DNA from: Cirrosporium novae-zelandiae
Lineage: Eukaryota
Assembly: GCA_026023565.1 (NCBI GenBank)
Contig: JAPETS010000011.1
Coordinates: 310,001 to 374,000, forward strand
Direction of reading: 5' to 3'
DNA length: 64,000 bases
Shown piece by piece: positions 19,109 through 29,107 of the stretch (the stretch's first letter is position 1; each line of letters begins with the position of its first letter). The translations under genes were made by a program, and so were the position numbers. The notes beneath the pieces are model-generated. The model worked only from the letters and a program-made list of their open reading frames with translations. It did no database searches and was not told the origin of the DNA.

Positions 19109-19558
19109 GATTATAATTATTATTTCTTTCATTTCTTGTAGTCCAATGATAAGGCAATAGGAAGTTATCTCGAATGTTTAATTATGGTGTCTCTCGCTTA
19201 GTTCCCTCTACCCGCTTCGTTTAGCCTTACATACCCATTGCGCAATAAATTTTGATTTTCTTCACTCAACATGACTTGCAAAGAACGCGCGAATTGTGCA
19301 CTGCTTTCCTGACACTTTTCCCAGCTGAATAAACCACGCTAAAACCACAACAAAAAGCAGAGTCACATTTGAATTGCCCCCCCCCCCAAAGATCACTCGC
19401 GCTAGTGAGTGCCTACTTAAGGTCTTCCACCACCCACTCTCTACATCTTCATTCCATCATCCACTCATCCACTTCTCTCCACCACACACTTCAGTCATCA
19501 ACAACTTCAACAATTTCATCCTTTTCATCATCCAAAATCCTCTAAATCCACTCTAAAA

Positions 19559-20170
<612 letters not shown>

Positions 20171-21096
20171 ATGCATTCCTGACACCTCCCAACCTTCTTT
20201 CGACTTAGATAGACTTTCGGGACAAATCGTGTTGGAAGGATTGGTTTTCTGTCATGATAGCAATGGATCTTCTTTATGGCCTTTTTTATTCTACTAGGGA
20301 TTAACGGGTTTTTACTCACGGTGCAAATGATGTCTGGCCTTAGTGCCACCAAAGGGGTTTCGAAAGGGAATTATGGTCTTATGGAAACTTTAGCAATGCT
20401 TGTACATTAATCGGCTTGCAAAATCTTGATACACCGACCTTTTCCAATATTTGTCTCAGAGCTTTTGTCTCTGGGGCGGTCGGAAAGGTATGGAATATGC
20501 AGAGGAGAGAAAGCAAATCAATAACTTTTAAACATCATACCATTTTGTACATTATGACTAGTATTTCCCCTTTCCGGGGAATGTAGAACCAAAGAATGAT
20601 CATGTCTGGCGCGTGCTCATCAGACACATGCCATCTTTTATTTATCACTGAAACAATGACGCGTCCAGATCCGGATCCGGTCCCCATCTTTGTCCCTTCC
20701 ACCAACCCAAAACCCAAGCAAGCAAGCAAATTCAATTATACAATTCTAGTTCTAATTCTAGCTCTAATTCTAATTCTAAACCCAAGAAGCTTTCCTTTCC
20801 TTTTCCTTTCCTTTTTTTTTTTTTTTTTAGCTAGCTTATAAGGTTGTAGGGTTGTGGCTTACCTGCTTACTTGTTAGTTGTCTATACGTATATGTGTTTC
20901 TGGGGAAGATTTATACTGTTTTGAATTTAAATGTGTGTAGGTGGTGGGTATTGAGATTGTAAGTTGGGATGATGTATTTCATTTAGTTGGGGGGATTGAT
21001 ATCGGGACTTTTATAATGAAGGAGAAACCTCCCCCCCCTCCTCTCTCTACCCAACCACCCAACCATAACCACAACCACAACCACACGACCCCCCAA

Positions 21097-22306
21097 TCAA
21101 ACAACCTCATTAACCGGCGCAACCGGCCTCCCCCGCAAAAACCACCCCCTAACATTCTTAAAGCACTCCCTCTCCGCCTTCCGAAACGCTCCATCCGTCA
21201 ACCCCCCCAAATGCGGCTGCAAAACACACCTCCCACTCCTCCTAAAATATTCATTAATCCTCGGCTCGCCATCAAAGACATCTAAACCGGCGCGGGTGAT
21301 TTTGCCGCTCTCGAGGGCGGCGATCAGGGCGGCCTCGTCGACGATGGGACCACGGGCCGTGTTGATTAGGTAGGTGTTTTGTTTCATGGTGGAGAATTCG
21401 GGGTAGCTGAGAAGGGATTTTGTGGTGGGGTTTAGGGGGCAGTGGATTGAGATTATGTCGGAGGTGGAGAGGAGAGTGGGGAGGGTGGAGCAGTAGGTGT
21501 AGGTGGATTCTTCGGAGGGGGAGAGGCGCGTGCGGTTGTGGTATTGGACTTTTAGGTTGAAGGCGCTGGCTTTGCGGGCTACGTGCTATTTTTTTTGTTA
21601 GTGGGGGGGTTGGTGGGGTGGATATGAGTGAATTGGTGGATATAGGTGCTCGAAGTAAATTACTGTAGAGGAGAGAGAGAGAGAAGAGCTTTACCTTTCC
21701 GATGTTTCCCATGCCAATGATGCCCAACGTCAGCCCCGAAGGATCTCTCGTCGGCACATGGTCTGCGCGCCACTTGCCCTCTCTTGCCGATTTCTCCGCA
21801 TTGGTTGCATCTTTCAAGACGGCAAGAAGCAGAAAAATAGTCATATCGGCCGTGGCCTCGGAGACGGCATTTCTGGTGTTACAGAACCAGATCTTATTCT
21901 TGGTCATCCAGTCGACATCAAACTCGTTGTAGCCTGCCGAGGCCGAGGCGATGATCGAGACTCCAGGAACGAGAGCGCCTAGTAGATTCTTGTCAAAGGG
22001 CTCGTAGGGGTGAGTTCCCATGCGGATTATGAGGGCGTCATATTTGCCGCGTGAAGCGATTTGGGCTGGGAGTTCGGTTTGGACTCGTTTTCGGTTTGGG
22101 GATTCTAGGACCTGTTTTTAGGGTTGAATGGGTTGAATGTGAGTTTTATCCATGTACTAGCTGAGGGGAACCTGGTGGGTAAGATGCTTCCAACTGACCT
22201 CGAAATCGAAATCATTTTTGAAATCTTCTAGGTAGTCTTCGCCGACATATGCTGGATATCCAATGGATAGGACTCGGGGCTTTTGAACTGCTTTACTAGG
22301 CGACAT
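21097..22306 (-). CDS. D-isomer-specific 2-hydroxyacid dehydrogenase (glyoxylate/hydroxypyruvate reductase-like)
   Basis: Exons 22306-22199, 22111-21695, 21585-21097 splice into an intact frame. Motifs SAGYNEFD, LGIIGMGNIG, YHNRTR, HCPL, INTARG, GLDVFDGEP, PHLGG. Confidence 0.92.
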
Positions 22307-22908
22307 GATTGATGACGATTCGATTTGAATCAATGACAACTAATCAAGAGAAAAAAAACACACAATTGAAGCGAGAAGAAAAAGAAGAAGGTCGAGAAAT
22401 AAAATAAAAGAAACAATTCCTTCAGCCTCGTTCGATTATTTGTGGTTTGTAAACAGCTTCATTCCGCACTACCGCAGGCGGGGATCTCTCAACCCCACAC
22501 AGCAGTTATCTTATAAAGCATGGTCGTAATCAAGCAGGGCAAGCTTTCACCTGTATCTTGTTCATTCCCAATGCTTATCTATCATCCAGGGGGGGGGGGG
22601 TTCTGAGGAGAGGCAGTTTTGCAAACTCGGGTAAGTTGTAGGTGAAGCCCCCACTGATCGGGAGAAAGTGACGGGAATCTTTCTGACTCGCTTAGTCTAG
22701 CGTCCTGTCACCACTTTGCTTATCGATATCTAATCATTGCAGTCCACCGTCATCATGACCATAACTATAACCACAACCATGGCATCGTCCAAAAAAAAAA
22801 AGTATATCCCTCTTCGCATAACCTTCCTCCTCCCTCTGAAACCTTACCATCTCCTCCTCCCTCTCCATAGCCAATAAATCAACCAACCAACCAACCAACC
22901 AACCAACC

Positions 22909-23855
22909 ATGACTTCCATCGATCCCCCCCTCCCCCCCCCTGGGCTTCATCGCCACAGAAATAAATTTCCACCGTCCGCCAGGCGACCCCTACAACGATC
23001 GAACATGGCCCTTCCCAATCATCAAGCGAGTCGCCAAGAACTCGCTGCTCGTGAACATCGTCACCGACGACACCTACCCAGAGGATTTTATCAATTCGGT
23101 TGTCGAGGCCGGCCAGGCCCTCGCGGATCAGGGATGCGTGGGGATTATCACTAGTTGCGGGTTTCTGGCTATGGCGCAACCTGAGTATGTGTCGATATTA
23201 TATCACTCCCCCTTTCCCAAGTCAAAAAAAAATAAGTAGAAAGAAATAGAAAAAAAAAGAAAAATGAATAGCTTCTCTCCCCCTTATTTTCTAACACCCT
23301 ACAATCCCTAGACTCTCCACCCGCCTGCCCATCCCCATCGCAACCTCCTCCCTTCTCCAAATCCCCACCATTATCCCCCTCCTCCCCCCAACCCAAACAA
23401 TCGGAATTCTAACCTTCGACGCCACCCGCCTGAACTCCAAACACCTCACCCAACTCAACATCCCCCCATCTCTCGCTTCCACAATCCCCATAATCGGATG
23501 TCCCTCCCCCGGTGCTCTCCGTAGCGTCATCCGCGACGGGAAACCCTACGTTCATGAGGTCTTGGAGGCGGAGCTGGTCGCGTGTGCGAAGGAGCTGGTG
23601 AAGCGGTTTCCGAATGTGGGCGCGATCGTGTTAGAGTGTACGCAGATGCCGCCGTTTGCGGAGGCGGTGGCGAGGGAGACCAGGTTGATGGTTTTTGATG
23701 TTGTGTCGTTGGGAAGGTGGTTTTATGGGGGATTGGTTAGGAGGGGTTTTGCGGAGTGGACGGAGAGGGAGGTTGCGGAGGCGGGGGTGGTGAGGGAGAG
23801 GGGGACGGGGGAGCGCGTGGAGAGTGCGGTTGGGGTGGGTGCTGGGGGGGTGTGA
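22909..23855 (+). CDS. Aspartate/glutamate/hydantoin racemase-family protein, with an apparent +1 frameshift in the poly-C tract near the start
   Basis: Main frame LGFIATEINFHRPPGDPYNDRTWPFP...GIITSCGFLAMAQ, intron 23185-23311, then ...IGILTFD...GAIVLECTQMPPF. The two Cys motifs (TSCGF, LECT) are typical of this family. ATG 22909 is out of frame by one C. Confidence 0.8.
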
Positions 23856-23867
23856 GAGGGTACTTAC

Positions 23868-25013
23868 GGGCAACGGTATAGAGGTTTGTTTTGACGGTGG
23901 AGTAACCCTGTGGGTGTTCTGTTAGTCGGGTGTGGTTTGATTGATTGGAAAATGTGAGACAAACCAGTCGCGTTACCATCCGGGGTAAGAAGTTGCCCAC
24001 AGATGCGGTGTCAACGCCATAAGAAAATGAAATGACTGACTAGACCATAACCCTCCAATCTGCAATTTTCTCTGTTCGCTGATCTCCTTTTCATTGCTAG
24101 TTAGCCACTTGCAAGTGCTAAGGTCTTGCGGGAGATGCCAATAGGCGAAGGAGGCTAGAAGGAGTGTGATGCTATCCTCGATGATCATAAGCTATTTCTA
24201 GCTGGCAACTTTGGGATCGTCGATTTGAAAGACGCCGAACGCGAGGAGGCCGTAGAGTGGCATCTGCGATTTGAACTGAGCCGAAGAAAATTGCCATGCG
24301 GAAGACGATCTCGTCGCGTTTGTAGAAGAGGGTTAGATGAAATGTAACTCCTATTAAACATTAGAAGAGGTATTTTATATGTCAAGGAATAAATAGATGT
24401 ACTGGCAAAGAATGTAGTTTCGAATGCCCTCATGATCAAACAACATACGACCAATCCCCCCCAATTGGTAACTGCGCATTGGAGCATGGTTATAGACCCC
24501 CTTTCGAGCATTGTTAGTATAGATGGGCGGACCGGATCACAAGAGACCCAAACCATCCCATCATCAATGTTAGAAGCATAACCTTGCTGCTGAATCTCTT
24601 CAATAGAAGATTACAAGGAATATCAAACAGACAAAATATGATCATAAAAAAGCACAAACGTAATTGAATATTCGTTTCCTTTCAGACCTAGATCTTCTTC
24701 CAGACCATCTGTTTTTTGCATTGCCAAGGTTAGAGCGATGAATTTAGTTGAAGCTGTTAATAAATATTCTATAGAATTGCATATGCTACCCTTTTTCTGG
24801 ACATTTGTGAATCAAATGGGTCCTTGCTGCGTTGAACAGGTACATTAGACTAAGCAAGGGGAGCAATCTAAAGTCTAGCTTCCTGGTGGTTGAGCGCTGA
24901 ATGACCTGGTCGAGAACTGGAATCACTTCATCTGTTTCGATATCATTGCCTTTGGACAAACTGGATGGAGACATATCTGTCTCCACTTTCGCTGGAAATT
25001 TCTCCTGGTCCAT
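23868..25013 (-). pseudogene. MFS transporter pseudogene, anion:cation symporter (Dal5/Tna1) family, with frameshifts, stops and no C-terminal part
   Basis: Fragments RKLDFRLLPLLSLMYLFNA, NLGNAKTDGLEEDLGLKGNEYS, LQCAVTNWGGLVVC, FYKRDEIVFRMAIFFG, LMIIEDSITLLLA, GYSTVKTNLYTVA lie in shifting frames with stops. Confidence 0.85.
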
Positions 25014-25639
25014 TATGATGGTTTAAATGGGAAAAAAAAAAGGCTTTTCAAAAACTATGTATGACTAGAAGAGCGTATCAAAGTAGCCTTAGACAAAAAC
25101 CTGAGAAATACCAATTGAGACATGATGAAGGTTGGTCAGGACCTTGAAATATAAAACTAGAGATGGGCGAATCTACTCTATTTCTCTCCTAAAGAAGAAA
25201 CGCCAACGCCAAGTGCTCTACCTCCATAGTAGCTTTTTGCCATGGATTCACAAGCTATAGTATATAGTGGATAGTAGATAGTAGATATTGATAAATCGGA
25301 GGAAAGCCGGATTGTTTTGATTTTGATAATTTGAGAGATGACTTACTCGAGTATAAAAATAGGAAACCGGAAGAAACCGACGAGAAATGTTTGGAGTGGA
25401 ACGGTTTATTCCGCACGGTGGAGATTGTCAGGGGTGGTTCCCCGACCTAGAAGAAGAAGCCTCACGTCGTTATCAACCCCAACCTAAATCTAATAGACGA
25501 TATTCCCTTGGACCTTAATACTCATATTAGTATCAGTACAAATCTGAAGATATGGTGGTTCCCATCTATCATGGCTTTGAGATATATGTTTATTTCTACT
25601 TTGAAATGGAGCCTCTTTTTTTCCCCACAAGGCTAAAAC

Positions 25640-27069
25640 AGGTGTGAATTACTATGAAAGGAGTTTATATTCGTATGCTGCAGGTTGTGATGCTGCTTCA
25701 GCCGGTAAGTTGACTTGCATCAAAATATAATGTAGAAAATGAACTAATATCGAAGGGGTGAGTAGATATTAATAAAACCGTTCAATCTGTTTATGGCACC
25801 CAAAAAGCTTACACGGAGCTCACACTAGAAGCAGTGCACTACTAGCTTGTTTAGAGTCATGAGCTTACTACTAGCAAATCCGTCCCTGAAAGGCTGACCA
25901 AAGATGATGTGTTGTTTTTAAATAATGGCAGTTGCCAAATGATTGACGATGTAATATTGTCTCCATTTGAGAGTCATTCGTTACAGACAATGAAGGAGAT
26001 CGGTATGGGCCATACCCAGATCCTTTTCAATGATCCCGAAAGCATGGTTCGAGCTTAACGATATGGATTCGGTTTTACAGTTGATCCACTCCAACGGTAG
26101 AGGAAGGGTAAGCAGTGTTTGGCATCATTAGACACGACAGGTGGAACTGTCTTTGCAGATAAGGCATGCCGCTTTGCCCTGTATAAGGCGAAGAAGCTAG
26201 ATGTCAAGTTCATTCTCAGCGGTGATGCGAGCACTTTTGACTCGCTGGTCTACGATACCTCTGATTCCAGAAAAGTGATAGGTGTCTGCACCAAAGACAA
26301 GAGTATCCACATTGTCGAGCTTGTCGTGGCTGCCTGTGGAGGGTGGACCCCAACTGTTGTTCCTAAGCTTGATAGCATATGCGAAACGACAGGTGGCTCA
26401 GTGACATTGATCAAGATTCCCCGCTCATCACCCTTCTATGATCGCTTTGTCCCCGAATATTTTCCTACATGGATGTTTAAGATGTGTGATGGAGGCTCGG
26501 GCGGTCGTTATGGTTTCCCTCGTGACAGAGATAGCTATTTAAAAATCGGATATCGTGGAACCAAGTATACGAACCCAAAAGTTCAAGCAGACGGTAAAGA
26601 ACATAGTACCTTAACCACCCGCTGGACGAAAGATGAAACTATCACCTAAGTACTATGGTAGGCTCTTGATGTCATTAAGAACTTTGTTACTGAATTTATC
26701 CCAGAGCTTGGTGCAGCAGGCATCAATATTGAAAAGACTTGGCTGTGCTGGTATTGTGATGCTTACGATAACAATTTCGTCATCGATCACGTGCCGGAAA
26801 AGGACGGCCTGATGGTTGCGACAGGCGGCAGTGGTCATGCATTCAAGCTTTTGCCAAATATTGGTAAGTGGATCGTGGGCGTAATTGAGGGCAATGGATT
26901 GAACAGAGAATTAATATAGAAGTGAAGGTGGAGGGAAATGGAAGCTGGAGAGGCGCCAGTGAATGCGTTAGGAGTGGGGAGTCATAGAATCAGGGCGTTG
27001 AAAAATGTGCAGCTGGCAAGTGATGAGGATTATATCCTGCCTCACTGTAGTGCCGAGGCGAAGTTGTAG
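25640..27069 (+). pseudogene. FAD-dependent amine oxidase pseudogene (sarcosine/pipecolate/fructosyl-amino acid oxidase family) with C-terminal PTS1-like AKL
   Basis: GCDAASA|DINK, AACGGWTP, LCWYCDAYDNNFVIDHVP, VATGGSGHAFKLLPNIG, ending AEAKL*. Seven in-frame stops at 25843, 26056, 26098, 26647, 26659, 26917 and 26923. The N-terminal GxGxxG motif could not be found. Start is approximate. Confidence 0.88.
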
Positions 27070-27199
27070 TGTTCTTTAGATAGTTTTCTGAAACATAAGA
27101 AAACAAAAATTTGTACATAATCCGACGCCAGGGTGATAGTAAAGAATTAAACGTCTAATTTTAAACATTATTCTGCCCTTTAAACGTATGGTGATTGTA

Positions 27200-29107
27200 A
27201 CAGACTTTAGTTGGGGTTTACCTATTTAGGTACCACGTATCCCCTTAACAACTCATCCAATAACATCTTTACACCCTTGCACATACCTACATTCGCCACG
27301 TCCTCGAACCAATTATTTATAGGTGTCGGTATCATTTATGGCTGGCCTTCTTGTATCAACGCTGGCATGCCCTGGTTAATCCAACTTTGTCGGGCGCCAT
27401 CACAGATCATGCTAATCGTCTTGGTCGATAGTGTCTCGAATATATCATGATACGGAGCAACTTTCTTCCAGCGATCACTAGGACCACTGTACATGTACAA
27501 GCTGTATAAGTTGTGCAGACATCATCGCTACGGACCATCGTGTGTACTGTGGGATATATCCAGAGACAGTGGAGGTAGGTCAGACGAGCGAGAAAGAGAA
27601 TGTGGAGCGATCGAGGTATAATTGACGGTATTGTAGGCAGATATCACGAGCTGCAGCTACACACTCGGTGAAAGCTGTGGAGGAGGTCCAGTTATTGATA
27701 CCATTATCGGAATTAAGACCTTGGTTTTGCCGGCTCGGCGGTATTAGAAAACATCTATAAAGTAGCAGGATTGAGTGCTCGTAGGCCAGCTGGAACAGCT
27801 CTTTAGAGCTGAAGATAGAAAGCTGCTGGTCAGATGGACAACTTAGCTGGCCTGGTATCTGTTTATGCTATTCATCTAGCTCTTTACGAGGCGATCTGCT
27901 GACTCACGATACATAGCCATATTGGAGTTCGGTTTACCGCTGATAGCCGAGTCGCTTGGGTAAAGCGCCTCCTAAATTTTTGACTAGATACGCCTTAGTC
28001 AAATTATATGTATAGCGCCTGACATCGTTGTCAGAGGTTCATTTGCAAATGAGCGAGGATCGCCATATATCCCAGCGGAACCGATACAATAATCATCAAT
28101 GTCCTTGTTCATAATACCAAAAGGTCGCCCTAACGTTATTGCTGCTGCACGGTCAAGATCGTATGATACCCAAAATAAACGTTTAGCGAGCTCAACCCTT
28201 TATGGGTCATTTCTAGAATGAAATCTGCGTGTACTTCGGTGATAGCTAAGCTCGATACATTGACGTAGAGCGTCGCCTTAATATCTCGAGTCGGTCGGTA
28301 GCATTAAGACAAAGCATGTCAATTTCAGAAGTCAAATCGCTAGCGCTGCTGCCATGATCTAGAGTATCAGCTATATCAATTTGTGCTGCGATTGGAAGCG
28401 TAGAATTTGTTTGGTTTCTAGCTGTGCTACTGCCACTAGTATCATCGTCGCTTAGGATATCTGGATTGTCGCTGATCTCTCTGACCGTGGTAGACACGGT
28501 ATACAAGGGTCTAGCATTGTTAGAAACTACTAGATGATCGTTACATACTTCTGGGTTCACATTTTGTAGCAAGCCCTCTAGCATTGCAACTTTTTTCTCT
28601 AGGGAACTTAGGTAATCGCGGGGCTGGTGCTGTTTGGTTATAGGATCCTCAACAAGATCTTCTATACATATTTAAGTATGAGCTTGCCGTAGTTGATAAG
28701 TATATTGGTTGAAAGTGAGTACTATCGACTCGACCAAAATGCAAACGAATATTTAGGGAAATGGACCGAATTTTGATTGCGAGACTTGCTCTGCTATTTG
28801 GAATATTGTGGAAAGCATCTAATCATACCTCTTCCTATCTCCAGACAGTTCCTGCATGATGGGCTTCGGCCGTCGCACTGAATGTGTTAGAGCAATATTC
28901 ACTTAATGGAAGAAAGTAGCCCCTACCTTCTGTTTCCTCTGTTTACATCCTATGCATGTTAATATTGTCCTATTGCCTGGTCTTCTCCTTGAGGTTGGTG
29001 GATAGGGAGGGCTTAGATCTGAATTTAGTATCTGAAGATACAATTAAATGGCCTGGTATGAATACGGCTTTAGTTTCAACTCTCGAAGTTGGTCGGTTGG
29101 AAGACAT
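27200..29107 (-). pseudogene. Zn(II)2Cys6 transcription factor pseudogene with a fungal-specific TF (middle homology) domain remnant
   Basis: Spliced cluster TCIGCKQRKQK|CDGRSPSCRNCLEIGR|EDLVEDP...PRDYLSSLEKKVAMLEGLL, lacking the sixth Cys. MHR fragments ALRQCIELSYHR and ELAKRLFWVSYDLDRAAAITLGRPFGI. Frameshifts and an apparent large internal deletion near 28290. The 3' end is approximate. Confidence 0.85.

Noticed and set aside
25843..26925. Premature stops in the oxidase rescued by A-to-I editing, readthrough or a variant genetic code
   Set aside because: All three stop types occur, several at probable Gln positions. Neighbouring intact genes use TAA, TAG and TGA as normal stops, and the gene's 5' end is eroded.
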